From Alphaproteobacteria bacterium (GTDB taxonomy: Bacteria > Pseudomonadota > Alphaproteobacteria > GCA-2731375): DNA of 64,000 nt. The position numbers and the translations under genes were made by a program. Below, one piece after another: positions 50,088-60,886 of this stretch. Under the pieces are notes generated by a model. The model had not been told where the DNA came from. It searched no databases and saw nothing but the letters and a program-made list of their open reading frames with translations. Location of the stretch: assembly GCA_965232515.1 (NCBI GenBank), contig CBDDPY010000002.1, positions 4,768,001 through 4,832,000 on the forward strand. The letters run 5' to 3'. The stretch's first letter is position 1; each line of letters begins with the position of its first letter.

Positions 50088-51224
50088 CTAACCCGCGCGC
50101 ATCTCGCGGATTGCGGCGCCCAGCTCGGCGATCCCGGTCTTGATCGCATCCACCGGCGGAAAGCCGAAGGCGAGCCGGATATACGGCCCCGTGGCCCCAT
50201 GAATGTGGAAGTTCGCGCCGTCGGCAAAGGTCACGCCGCGCGCCTCGGCCGCCGCCTGCAGCGCCGGCACGCCCACGTCGTCCGGCAGCCTTAGCCAGAT
50301 GAACAGCCCGCCCACCGGGTGCGACCAGGAGCAGAGGTTGCCGAGCTCGCTCTCGAGCGCCGACAGCATGGCGTCCCGCTTGGCTTTGAGCGCTGCGTTC
50401 GCCATCTCCACATGCTCCCACAGCCGCCCGTCGAGATAGGCCGCCGTCAGGGCCGCGGCGAGCGTGTTCGGCCCGGCGTCGTTGCGGAAGGCGAGAATAC
50501 GCGCCAGCATCTCCGGCGCCGCCGTCAGATAGCCGAGCCGCACGCCCGGCGCGAAGATCTTCGACAGCGAGCAGATATAGATCTGCCGCGGCCCGGGATC
50601 GAGCGCATAGAGCGCCGGCGGCTTTTCGCCCTCGAAATGCACATCGCCATAGCAATTGTCCTCGACCACGACACAATCATGCTTCGCCGCGATCTCGACC
50701 AGCTCCTGCCGCCGGTCGCGCGGCATCATCGCCCCCGTCGGGTTCTGGTACGTCGCCAGCGTGTAGATGAACCGCGGCCGCCGCCCGTCCGCCGCCAGCC
50801 GGTCCATCACATCCGCCAGGTCATCCGTCCGCATGCCCTGCGCATCCTGCGCCACGCCCACCATCTCGATGCCCATGGCGTCGAACGCCCGGATCGTGCC
50901 CACGTAGTTATAGGCCTCCATCACCACGCACTTGTCGCCGCCGGCGCCGATGCCCGCGCACAACGTCTCCGCCACCAGTGTAATCGCCTGCATCGACCCG
51001 TTGGTCAGCACGATCTGCTCGGGATCGAGCCGAACCCCCTCCCGGTCATACTCCCGCTCCGCCATCAGCCGCCGCATCCGCTCATGCCCCAGCTTCCCCG
51101 GATACCGGTTCAACTCGACCGTCAGCTCCGGAATCACATCAGCGGCCGCCGCGGCGAACTCCTCGGCCGGAAACGTCTCGGGATTGGTATTTCCCGTGGC
51201 AAAGTCATAGGGCGGGGTAGTCAT
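50088..51224 (-). CDS. PLP-dependent aminotransferase class I/II (LysN/ARO8-like)
   Basis: TNGSMQA, YQNPTG, EDNCY, SLSKIFAPGVRLG, GGLFIW. Confidence 0.92.
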   Translation of the reverse strand: MTTPPYDFATGNTNPETFPAEEFAAAAADVIPELTVELNRYPGKLGHERMRRLMAEREYDREGVRLDPEQIVLTNGSMQAITLVAETLCAGIGAGGDKCVVMEAYNYVGTIRAFDAMGIEMVGVAQDAQGMRTDDLADVMDRLAADGRRPRFIYTLATYQNPTGAMMPRDRRQELVEIAAKHDCVVVEDNCYGDVHFEGEKPPALYALDPGPRQIYICSLSKIFAPGVRLGYLTAAPEMLARILAFRNDAGPNTLAAALTAAYLDGRLWEHVEMANAALKAKRDAMLSALESELGNLCSWSHPVGGLFIWLRLPDDVGVPALQAAAEARGVTFADGANFHIHGATGPYIRLAFGFPPVDAIKTGIAELGAAIREMRAG

Positions 51225-51295
51225 GGCGCGTGATCCTCGCGGGTGCGGTTGGCGAGGGGGAGAGTATAGGACAGGTTGGCGCCGTTGCGCTTGGA

Positions 51296-52261
51296 TCACT
51301 CGATCGGCTGTAACGGCGTAATCGATGCAAATCCTTTTGTCTTTTTGAAGTTCATAGTGTGATTGAAATTCGAGAGTGCATCCGAAGGATCGACCCGAGC
51401 GAAGTTCATACGGTCCATCGTCTCCCGAACAAACTGTACGGATAGGATCGGTGTTGGCTCCTGGTGACCTGTCTGCGTGTTCAACATCTGGGTCATACAG
51501 GTTACGTACACTTCATTGACCGGCAATATGCGAAGGAAATCACCAGCGACCTTCAGTGCAACGCTCGCGACATAGTCTTGGTAAAGCTCATTGAACTGAC
51601 CGGCGGGCATATCTGTTTCTGACAACCTGCCACTCGCAAGCTGCTTCCGTCGGAAGTTTGGGACGATATCGTCCGAGTGGACCTCTGGCCTTGCATGAAC
51701 CAATCCGTCTGAAATCGAGAATGCAACTGCGGATCCAACTAGTCCTTCCCCGTCAAAGAGCTTTGATTCCTGGATAACCTCCAACAAAGCCTCCGCCTCG
51801 CCATTTAGGAGACGGCGCGCAAGCTCGGTATCAGCTTCCCATTCGGCCACTGCCTCGGTGTATTGAGCTTTGGCTTCCTCGTATTCTCGTTCGTCAAGCT
51901 TTGACGCTTGCGCCAGGGCATCCTTAAGCTTCTTGCGCAGCCCTGCCCACCCACCTTGGAAGATATGAAATAGGCTCGGCCTGAATCTCTTGAGCTCATC
52001 GTATGCTGCGTCTTGATGCGTCGATTGGCGCGAAGGCTCTACGGGCTTCGGTAGCCCGGCTGTCTTGTGCCAATTAATGGGATCAGCAAGATTTTTGTGA
52101 ATCGAAACCAGCGTTTCGACGTATTGCTCCCAGTTCTCAACGGCCTCCGCGGCTTCGGCCACCATCTGATCTTTGAGAGCCTGCTTGTGCCGTCGTTGCG
52201 CCTCCCTTTCGGCAGCTCTTGCCGCTGCCGTTACCGACCGAAGCGTGCCTTTCCAACCCAT
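51296..52261 (-). CDS. hypothetical protein, lower GC, N-terminal coiled coil
   Basis: 321-aa ATG ORF with atypical codon usage. GAGG upstream. Confidence 0.75.
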   Translation of the reverse strand: MGWKGTLRSVTAAARAAEREAQRRHKQALKDQMVAEAAEAVENWEQYVETLVSIHKNLADPINWHKTAGLPKPVEPSRQSTHQDAAYDELKRFRPSLFHIFQGGWAGLRKKLKDALAQASKLDEREYEEAKAQYTEAVAEWEADTELARRLLNGEAEALLEVIQESKLFDGEGLVGSAVAFSISDGLVHARPEVHSDDIVPNFRRKQLASGRLSETDMPAGQFNELYQDYVASVALKVAGDFLRILPVNEVYVTCMTQMLNTQTGHQEPTPILSVQFVRETMDRMNFARVDPSDALSNFNHTMNFKKTKGFASITPLQPIE

Positions 52262-52580
52262 TCCGAACCCCTCATTCCGATTATGAGAGGATAGTCACAA
52301 CGCGTTGTGGCTGCAGAACAGCTATCAGCAAATACTATTGCGTGGCAGTGTCGGCCCGCTGCCAGCATGATGGTCTCCCCGCTCATTGGTGCGGGGCTAG
52401 GCTGAATCGACGTCCGGCGCATCCAGACGATACCGGCTGCGAGATAGACAAAGTCAGCCCCGGGAGATTTCTCGTTTTCACACAAATCGAAATGACATAA
52501 ACCATTGAGTCCGCACGATTCTTTCCCATTGACGGTTCCTGTGCATGGGGTTGTTCCGCAATCTCCGGGGCGCGACATCC

Positions 52581-52716
52581 CCCTCCTACGCTGCAAGCAG
52601 CTTCGGAGGGCAGGCCCCCTGCGCCACACCATGGCCCACGAAGAACCACGCGCAGGCGCCCATGCCTGGTAGATAGGGGCGGCCTGCCCCCCGAAGCCCA
52701 TTAGGGCGTAGGAGGG
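52581..52716. repeat. inverted pair of REP-like units, family C
   Basis: CCCTCCTACGC-hairpin-GCTTCGGAGGGCAGGCC (52581-52616) and its near reverse complement GGCCTGCCCCCCGAAGC-hairpin-GCGTAGGAGGG (52681-52716). Confidence 0.7.
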
Positions 52717-52759
52717 AGGCGCGGTCCCTCAGTGTCGCTGCCGTGAGCGCTAAATAGCG

Positions 52760-53968
<1,209 letters not shown>

Positions 53969-54080
53969 CTTCTCAAAGCCTCGTGCGCAAACGTCAGGAA
54001 ACGGGGGCCGGGCTGCGGCCTCCGCAAACGGCGGCGAACCTACAGGCAAGCCCCTGGACGGGCAAGTCAATCCGGCGTTG

Positions 54081-54473
54081 CTAAGCGGCCACGAACTGGT
54101 AGATCGCGAACAGCGCGGCGGCGACGATGGCGAGCCAGGTGGCGAGCGAGCCGGCCACGCGGCCGAAGCTGACGCCGGCGCTGCCGGACAGGCCCCAGGC
54201 GTGCAGCAGCCGGCCAATGACGAGCGCCGCGCCGAGGCCGTGCACGAGCGCGGCCGGGCCGCCGTTCAGCTCGATCAGCCCCATCAGGATCAGGGCCAGC
54301 GGCACGTACTCGATGAAGTTGCCGTGCACGCGGACGGCCCGGCCCAGCTCGTCCGAGCCCTCGTAGCCGATGCCGATATGGGTCTTGTTGCGCAGCCGCG
54401 CACACCGCGCGGCGAGCGCGATCAGCAGCAGGCCGAGGATGGCGGCGTAGAGCGCGGTGATGGCGACGGGCAT
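54081..54473 (-). CDS. MAPEG family membrane protein
   Basis: [26 protein letters not shown]. Confidence 0.9.
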   Translation of the reverse strand: MPVAITALYAAILGLLLIALAARCARLRNKTHIGIGYEGSDELGRAVRVHGNFIEYVPLALILMGLIELNGGPAALVHGLGAALVIGRLLHAWGLSGSAGVSFGRVAGSLATWLAIVAAALFAIYQFVAA

Positions 54474-54483
54474 GGGCGCCTCC

Positions 54484-55635
54484 CTAGGCGGCGGGCACGG
54501 TCTCGGCGTTGTTGGCGGCGTCGGCGGCTTGGCGTTGGCTCGCCCGCAGCTTCTCGCTCGCCGACTTCAGCTGGCCGCAGGCGGCCATGATGTCGCGGCC
54601 GCGCGGCGTGCGCACGGGCGAGGCGTAGCCGGCGTCGTTCACCACCTCGGCGAAGCGCCGGATCGCGTTGTTCGACGAACACTCGTAGGGCGCGCCGGGC
54701 CAGGGGTTGAACGGGATCAGGTTCACCTTGGCCGGAATGTCCGCGATCAGGCGGACGAGCTCGCGCGCGTCGTCCACCGAGTCGTTGACGCCCTTCAGCA
54801 TGACGTATTCGAAGGTGATGCGCCGGCTGTTGCCGCCCGCCGGATAGGCGCGGCAGGCGTCCAGCAGCGCGGCAATGGGATACTTGCGGTTGAGCGGCAC
54901 CAACTCGTCGCGGATATCGTCGCGCACCGCATGCAGCGAGACCGCGAGGTTGACGCCGAGCTCCGCGCCGCAGCGCTCGATCAGCGGCACCACGCCCGAG
55001 GTCGACAACGTGATGCGCCGCTTCGAGAGCGCGATGCCGTCGCCGTCCATGACGATCTTCAAGGCCTTGGCGACGTTGTCGAAGTTGTAGAGCGGCTCGC
55101 CCATGCCCATCATGACGATGTTCGACAACAGCCGCCCGCCATCGACCGGCGTCGGCCATTCGCCCAAGGCGTCGCGGGCGAGCAGGAACTGGCCCAGCAC
55201 CTCGCTCGCCTCGAGATTGCGCACCAGGCGCTGCGTGCCGGTATGGCAGAACTTACAGGTGAGCGTGCAGCCGACCTGGCTCGACATGCAGAGCGAGCCG
55301 CGGTCGTCTTCCGGGATGTAGACGCTCTCGACCTCCTGACCGCCGCCCACCCGCAACAGCCATTTCCGCGTGCCGTCGACCGAGGTCTGGGCGCGCGCCA
55401 CCTCGGGCCGGCCGATGTGGTAGCGCTCGGCCAGCGCCGCGCGCAACCCCTTGTCCATGTTGGTCATGGCCGCGAAGTCGGTGACGCCCCAGCGATAGAG
55501 CCACAGCCAGATCTGGCCGACGCGCATGCGGATCTGCTTTTCCGGCACGCCGATGCCGCGCAGCACCTGAGCGAGGTCGTCGCGGTCCATGCCGACCAGG
55601 TCGGTCCGGTCGGCGGTGCTCTCGGCGGCGGTCAT
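54484..55635 (-). CDS. rlmN: 23S rRNA (A2503)/tRNA C2-methyltransferase RlmN
   Basis: [35 protein letters not shown]. Confidence 0.97.
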   Translation of the reverse strand: MTAAESTADRTDLVGMDRDDLAQVLRGIGVPEKQIRMRVGQIWLWLYRWGVTDFAAMTNMDKGLRAALAERYHIGRPEVARAQTSVDGTRKWLLRVGGGQEVESVYIPEDDRGSLCMSSQVGCTLTCKFCHTGTQRLVRNLEASEVLGQFLLARDALGEWPTPVDGGRLLSNIVMMGMGEPLYNFDNVAKALKIVMDGDGIALSKRRITLSTSGVVPLIERCGAELGVNLAVSLHAVRDDIRDELVPLNRKYPIAALLDACRAYPAGGNSRRITFEYVMLKGVNDSVDDARELVRLIADIPAKVNLIPFNPWPGAPYECSSNNAIRRFAEVVNDAGYASPVRTPRGRDIMAACGQLKSASEKLRASQRQAADAANNAETVPAA

Positions 55636-55648
55636 GTCGGGGGCTGGG

Positions 55649-56152
55649 CTATTTGCAGGCCGAGTTGATGGCCTTGTGCGCGGCGGTGAAGCCCGACAGC
55701 GAATAACGGTCGGTGGTCTTGGTGCCGCGGCGCGATTCGCCCCGGATCACCATCTTCGAGCCCCGGCGCATGGCCTGGACCAGCTTGCCGTCGTCGTCGG
55801 TGGTCTTGCTCCAGGCCGTGTCCTCATGCGTGAACAGCTCGAACTTGGCGCCGTCGATGTCGACCGAGACGGTGCTGTCCTTCTTGTAGGGATAGCCGGT
55901 GAAAATGCTGACCTCGTTGCGCGTCTTCATCCAGGGCCGGTGGGTCACCAGCACCCAGATCTCGCCGCGGTTGACGTTCTTCGGTTCGCTGTCCTGGGGC
56001 TTGCTGGCGATGTAGCAGGCCTTGCCCTTCTGTTCGTCGATGACGAAGGCGGCCCAGTCCTTGTGCTGGGACAGCGGCTTGGCGGTCTGCGCGACGGCGG
56101 GCAGCGACAGCGCCGCGAGGACCGTGACTAAAATTAAGCATCGTCGACTCAT
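55649..56152 (-). CDS. invasion-associated locus B (IalB) family exported protein
   Basis: Signal peptide, DW...[19 protein letters not shown], terminal C. Upstream of rlmN as in other Alphaproteobacteria. Confidence 0.85.
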   Translation of the reverse strand: MSRRCLILVTVLAALSLPAVAQTAKPLSQHKDWAAFVIDEQKGKACYIASKPQDSEPKNVNRGEIWVLVTHRPWMKTRNEVSIFTGYPYKKDSTVSVDIDGAKFELFTHEDTAWSKTTDDDGKLVQAMRRGSKMVIRGESRRGTKTTDRYSLSGFTAAHKAINSACK

Positions 56153-56253
56153 GGCGGTAACATAGACAGCCGCCCAGGCGATTTCCAGCGCGTCAGAAGG
56201 GTTGTCCGGAACGTTGTCTTGCCGCCAACGGGGCGTTGGCATTAAATGCCTCC

Positions 56254-56832
56254 ATGAGTGATGACCGGTCGCCGGGGGAGGGTCTCGACCGCGCGGCGCT
56301 GGCCGAGCTGTTACAGGCCGTAGCCTCCCGCGCCGACCGGCAAGCTTTCGCCCTGTTGTTCGGGCATTTCGGGCCGCGCATAAAGGCCTATCTGATGCGT
56401 CTCGGCGCCGATGACGGCACCGCCGAGGAGCTGGTGCAGGAGACCATGGTGACGGTCTGGCGCCGGGCCACGACCTACGACGCGGCCCAAGCCTCTGCCG
56501 CGACATGGATCTTCACAATCGCACGAAACAAGCGAATCGACGGCCTGCGGCGCGAGCGGCGGCCCGAGTTCGACCCCACCGATCCGGCCTTCGTGCCGGA
56601 CCCGCCGCCGCCTGCCGACGAGGTCATCGACACGGCCCAGCGCGAGGACCGGGTGCGGGCGGCGATCCGCGACCTGCCCGAGGAACAGGCCGCGCTGCTG
56701 CGTGAGGCCTTCTACGAGGGCAAATCCCACCGCCGCATCGCCGAGGAGCGGGACATGCCGCTCGGCACGGTGAAGTCGCGCCTGCGGCTGGCTTTCGGCC
56801 GCCTGCGCAAGGCGCTCGACGGCGAACGCTAG
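56254..56832 (+). CDS. ECF sigma factor (RpoE/ECF11-like)
   Basis: DRQAFALLF.HF.PRIK, AEELVQE, TWIFTIARNKRID, PLGTVKSRLRLA. Confidence 0.92.
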   Translation: MSDDRSPGEGLDRAALAELLQAVASRADRQAFALLFGHFGPRIKAYLMRLGADDGTAEELVQETMVTVWRRATTYDAAQASAATWIFTIARNKRIDGLRRERRPEFDPTDPAFVPDPPPPADEVIDTAQREDRVRAAIRDLPEEQAALLREAFYEGKSHRRIAEERDMPLGTVKSRLRLAFGRLRKALDGER

Positions 56833-56848
56833 CGGCGTCCGCCGTCAA

Positions 56849-57382
56849 TCAGTCTTCGATCGATTTCCGGAAGATCTGCTCGCCGTGCACGTGCGGCTCC
56901 GGCGGTTCCGGCGCTGCCAGGCTCGAGACCGGACGTTTGCCGAACCGGCCCAGATTCAGCAGCCGGTCGTACATCACGATGGCGCCGGCGGTCGCGACAT
57001 TGATGCAGAACCGGGTCGGGATCTTGATGACATGGTCGCAGCGGGCGATCAGCTCGGGCGACAGGTTGCCGCGCTCGGGGCCCAGCACATAGGCCGCCCG
57101 CACCGGATGGCGGAAGGCGGGCAGCTCGACCGCGTTCTCCAGCAGCTCGACGCCGACGATCCGGCAGCCGGCCGGCAGCTGCATGGCGCCGACATCGGGA
57201 AAGTCGTAGAGCGGCACCTGGCTCGACGACCGGCTGGTGTCGGAGGCCACGTTATTGCCGCGATAGGCGGCGTTGATGGTGAACAGAAAGCTGGCGCCGA
57301 AAGCGTGCGCCGAGCGGAACAGGTTGCCGGCGTTCATCGGCTTGCTCAGCCCCTCGACCCCGATCCCGAAATAGCCGCGCAT
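56849..57382 (-). CDS. TrmH/SpoU family RNA methyltransferase
   Basis: NAGNLFRSA, LGPERG, CINVATAG, YDR. Confidence 0.92.
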   Translation of the reverse strand: MRGYFGIGVEGLSKPMNAGNLFRSAHAFGASFLFTINAAYRGNNVASDTSRSSSQVPLYDFPDVGAMQLPAGCRIVGVELLENAVELPAFRHPVRAAYVLGPERGNLSPELIARCDHVIKIPTRFCINVATAGAIVMYDRLLNLGRFGKRPVSSLAAPEPPEPHVHGEQIFRKSIED

Positions 57383-57539
57383 GTTCGCCTTCTTTCGTCC
57401 GTCGCTCAGGCCCGGCTACCGCTATAGTGCATAACGCCGTCCGCCGCATCATCGACGGCGTTTGAGGGTTTCTGCGGCAACAGCGTTAATCTTCGCGAAG
57501 TTCCTCTATTTCTGAATGAAATCAATGGGTTATATGCGG

Positions 57540-57679
57540 TGTCGGGATTCTTGACAGGCCGATCGGCCGCCTGCCTGAGCCGGTAAGGCGTTGAATCTAT
57601 GGCCAAAAACGGAAGCGCGATGTAGAGTTTCCAGACCGGTGCGGCCTTATCGCCGAAATAGGTGTCGGCAAACTTTCCA
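57540..57679. promoter_or_regulatory. three candidate enhancer (PrsR-type) boxes upstream of the PEP-CTERM gene
   Basis: 17-mers TGTCAAGAATCCCGACA (rc of 57540-57556), TGTAGAGTTTCCAGACC (57621-57637) and TGGAAAGTTTGCCGACA (rc of 57663-57679). Confidence 0.55.
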
Positions 57680-57740
57680 GTTTTTTGGCTGTCGCCGAAA
57701 CGTTCAAACCTAACGTATTGAAAATATTGAGTTATTAAAA

Positions 57741-57757
57741 CTGGCACGTTGCTTGCT
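57741..57757 (+). promoter_or_regulatory. sigma54 -24/-12 promoter
   Basis: CTGGCACGTTGCTTGCT is an exact TGGCAC-N5-TTGC match, 45 nt before the ATG. Confidence 0.85.
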
Positions 57758-57802
57758 TTGTTGTGAGCATCTGTAATTCCTTCGACGAGGGAGAGAGTTA
57801 AC

Positions 57803-58645
57803 ATGTTGAAACGTACGATCACAGCAATTGCGCTAGCCGGGGCGATGACCCTTGGCGCGCAGTCGGCTCAAGCCGTCGCTCTTGACGGTTGGAACCTGAA
57901 CTTCAGCGTCGCCAACGGCATTGACGGACTCGCCGGTCTGAGCGACATCACCAACATTGACCAGTTCACGATCACCGGTCAGTCCACCGTTGTGCAGGAC
58001 ATTGCCAATGGTTCGCCGAATGGTCAGGCGTTCACGGACAGCGGTTTCCTGCAGTTCACCACCTTCAATACTGAAGGCAGCGCCGTGCAGGTTCCGATTG
58101 GGAGTGCAATCGGCGGCAACACGGTTTACCTGTCGTTCTCGAACCTGACGGGCATCTTCAATCCAGATGGCACGATCACCTTCGACGCCGGCGTCGGCAC
58201 GATCGATCTGTTCATCGACCAGGACGGCGATGTCGATCCGTCGAGTGGCGCAACGTCGCTTGCGCAGTATCAGATCGTGGATCCGTCGGGCGGTAGTGAC
58301 GTCGACTTCTTTGGCGGTCTCAACCCGACCGGCACCATCGACGTGACCCTTGAGCAGATCGGCGGCATTCCGGGCCTGTTCACCGACCAAAACGGTAACG
58401 ATCTCGATCTGCCGTTCGTGTTCCAGCTGGTCAACGTCAACGCCCAGCAGCCGGTTGGCGGTCCTGTCTTCAATCTGGACGGCGACGGGAACGGCACGGC
58501 CACGGTTGATCCGATCTCGAACAGCGGTCAGTTCAACATTTCGGTGGTTCCGGAGCCGGGCACCCTGGGTATCTTCGGCGTCGGCCTTCTCGGCCTCGGC
58601 ATCGCGGCAGCGCGTCGCCGCCGGCGCGAAGCGGCTGCGGCGTAA
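57803..58645 (+). CDS. PEP-CTERM sorting domain protein (exosortase substrate, PepA-like)
   Basis: Sec signal (AQA), acidic G/T/N/D/S-rich body, C-terminal VPEPGTLGIFGVGLLGLGIAAARRRRR. Confidence 0.95.
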   Translation: MLKRTITAIALAGAMTLGAQSAQAVALDGWNLNFSVANGIDGLAGLSDITNIDQFTITGQSTVVQDIANGSPNGQAFTDSGFLQFTTFNTEGSAVQVPIGSAIGGNTVYLSFSNLTGIFNPDGTITFDAGVGTIDLFIDQDGDVDPSSGATSLAQYQIVDPSGGSDVDFFGGLNPTGTIDVTLEQIGGIPGLFTDQNGNDLDLPFVFQLVNVNAQQPVGGPVFNLDGDGNGTATVDPISNSGQFNISVVPEPGTLGIFGVGLLGLGIAAARRRRREAAAA

Positions 58646-58681
58646 GCTGCTCCCGCGCACCGTCGAAGGAAGTTACAACAG

Positions 58682-58713
58682 CTCCCCTCCGGCTACGGCC
58701 GGGGGGGAGTTTT
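58682..58713 (+). terminator. Rho-independent terminator
   Basis: CTCCCCTCCGGC-TACG-GCCGGGGGGGAG followed by TTTT, just after the PEP-CTERM gene. Confidence 0.75.
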
Positions 58714-58794
58714 CGTTTGCCTGAACATCAGACCGGACGAGCCGGCATCCGCGGCAGGGCAGGCGTCGATCGCAAAACCTTGGGGGATTGCAAC

Positions 58795-60858
58795 CTATCC
58801 GGCGGCGTCGCTGACAGCCTTCAAGTGCGGCTCGGCCGATTGATCCGGCCGCTCGGCGGATTCTCCACCAATAAGCAGTTCTTCCAGCGGCCGGCGGATC
58901 GACCGCGGCCCGACGCGCCGTGACGACGGCACGCCGATGCGACCCATCCAGAACACGTCGTCGCCGTCGCCGGCGACCAGCGTATCCAGCTTATCGGCGA
59001 GATCGGCCGCGCGCTGGCGAATCTTCGGATCGGCCGTGAAATCGATGCCGTGCCGTCCATAGTGGGCGAAGATGACCGTGGCCATGCTCGGCTGCATCGA
59101 CAGACCCAATTGCGTCGCCGTCAGCCAGAACCGCTGTACCGCCTGACCGCAGCGAATGACCGACGAAATCGCATCGTCGTCATCGACGGGCGCCTTCCGA
59201 GTCATGGTGAAATAGGCGGCGCTGCCCAGCCCCGGCAGATAGTCCATCTGCAGGCGCGCCGCGCCGGTGCCGCTGATCCGGTTCATCCGGTCCATCCGGC
59301 CCCAGTCGCGCATGGCCCAGCGCATGATCTTCAGAGTCATGGCGTCCAGGCCGACGGCGCCGACCGGAATGCCGGTGCTGCTGCGCTGCCGGCGCCAGTC
59401 GAGGATGCGCTTGTGGATGTGGAATGCCTCGGGAATACGCAGGCGGATGTCTGTGGCGACGCCGTTCAGGCGCGCAATCCGCCAGCGTTCGCCGCGGGTC
59501 TCGTGCCATTGGATCGATAATTCGTCGCCCAGCGCCGCGGCCAGCGCCTTGCGCTGCGCCGGCGTCAGCGGCGTCGCGCGATAGGGCCGGCGGTCGACCG
59601 ACCGCATATGCACGAACGGCAACAGGGGGTCCGGCGCGACGCCGGGCGCATCCGACAGCTCGACCTTGATGATGTGCGTGTGGTCCGACCCGCATTCGTA
59701 GTTCCACCACAGCATCTTGCCGTGGCGGGTGGCGGCGATCCGCATGCTCTCTAACAGGCAGCCGGCCGACAGCAGCGACGGTTGGCCGTTGTTGTAGTCG
59801 TAGATGTCGTCATCGGCCTGGTCCCGGACATGGATCGTCACCTTGTCCGGTCCCTCGATCTCGAACCGCCAGGGCTGGGTGTTGTCGCCGCTCGGCGCCC
59901 AGCGGGCCAGATCCAGGATCTGCTCCATCACCGGACCGGTTTCGCGCGCCGGCGCTTGCCAGGCCTCGCGCCCCAGCGCTTCGAAGCCCTTGTAGGCCAT
60001 CTTCAGCTTCAGCCGCTGCAGCGGATTGCGGTTGCCGCCGCGCAGCTTGCCGACCACCATCTTGCCGCGGAAAGCGTCGAACTGGTGGTAGTAGGGGGCC
60101 GCACGCACCGGGCCTCTGTTCAACAGCACCTTGATCGCCTCGGCGCCCATGACGCCGGCGCACATCTGGCAGCCGATGGCCGACGACGGGCCGCGCTGAC
60201 CGGGCAGGTCCAGGCGCGTCGGGTCCATCAGATAGGTGCGCTGCAGACCCTTCGGCACCAGGCCCATGAAGAAGTTCACGTACTGCTGGTTCTGCGTCAG
60301 GCCGTTCAGGCGGAAATACTCTTCGAAACTCATGCCGCCCGGCATGAAGATCAAATAAGCCGTGCCCATGCCCAGCGGCGCCGCCGTCATCGCGGGGATT
60401 CCCAGCTCGGCGCAGCGGGCGAACACCCGCGCGCGGACGTCGAGCACGAAAAAGTCGAAGCCGTCGATGAACAGGTCGACGCCGTCCAGGAACGCGTCGA
60501 TGTTGCTGTCGTCGATGCCGTCGGGAAACGTCGTGATCTCGAGATCGGGATTGATGTCGTGCGCCATGCGGTCCAGCGCATCCACCTTCGGCACGCCGAT
60601 GGTCGACAGGTTCGCGCCGACCTGCCGATTGAAGTTGGCGAGCTCGAAGCGGTCGAGGTCGGAGATGTGAAAGGCGCCAACACCGAGCCTGGCCAGCGTC
60701 AGCATATGCACGCCACCGACGCCACCCATGCCGGCGATTGCCACCTTCTTGGTCTTGAGCTGAAGCTGCTCCCACTCCGTAACCCAGCCGATGTTGCGGC
60801 TGAAAGCCTCGTCGTAGTCGAAATCCGGGTGCGTTTCGCTTGGTTGCGGGTTTGCCAT
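58795..60858 (-). CDS. oxzB: ThiF-nitroreductase fusion, oxazolone synthetase OxzB-like
   Basis: N-terminal E1/ThiF domain (AFSRNIG, GMGGVG, DLDRFELANFNRQ, PKV, DGFD). C-terminal nitroreductase-like region (ARWAPSGDNTQPWRF, RSVDRRPY, QRFWLTATQLGL). Confidence 0.85.
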   Translation of the reverse strand: MANPQPSETHPDFDYDEAFSRNIGWVTEWEQLQLKTKKVAIAGMGGVGGVHMLTLARLGVGAFHISDLDRFELANFNRQVGANLSTIGVPKVDALDRMAHDINPDLEITTFPDGIDDSNIDAFLDGVDLFIDGFDFFVLDVRARVFARCAELGIPAMTAAPLGMGTAYLIFMPGGMSFEEYFRLNGLTQNQQYVNFFMGLVPKGLQRTYLMDPTRLDLPGQRGPSSAIGCQMCAGVMGAEAIKVLLNRGPVRAAPYYHQFDAFRGKMVVGKLRGGNRNPLQRLKLKMAYKGFEALGREAWQAPARETGPVMEQILDLARWAPSGDNTQPWRFEIEGPDKVTIHVRDQADDDIYDYNNGQPSLLSAGCLLESMRIAATRHGKMLWWNYECGSDHTHIIKVELSDAPGVAPDPLLPFVHMRSVDRRPYRATPLTPAQRKALAAALGDELSIQWHETRGERWRIARLNGVATDIRLRIPEAFHIHKRILDWRRQRSSTGIPVGAVGLDAMTLKIMRWAMRDWGRMDRMNRISGTGAARLQMDYLPGLGSAAYFTMTRKAPVDDDDAISSVIRCGQAVQRFWLTATQLGLSMQPSMATVIFAHYGRHGIDFTADPKIRQRAADLADKLDTLVAGDGDDVFWMGRIGVPSSRRVGPRSIRRPLEELLIGGESAERPDQSAEPHLKAVSDAAG

Positions 60859-60886
60859 GGCCGTATCCGTTCTGGTTCGGCGGTTG

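Noticed and set aside
52385-52420. TGGTGCGGGG... as a tRNA 3'-end remnant (att site)
   Set aside because: There is no convincing T-arm (GTTCGA) or cloverleaf, and no integrase.
58795-60858. ThiF gene as part of a ubiquitin-like, CBASS/Bil defence, MoeB or RiPP system
   Set aside because: No E2, JAB, Ubl, sulfur-carrier, YcaO or precursor-peptide gene is nearby. The nitroreductase fusion and adjacent acyltransferases fit the OxzAB pattern better.
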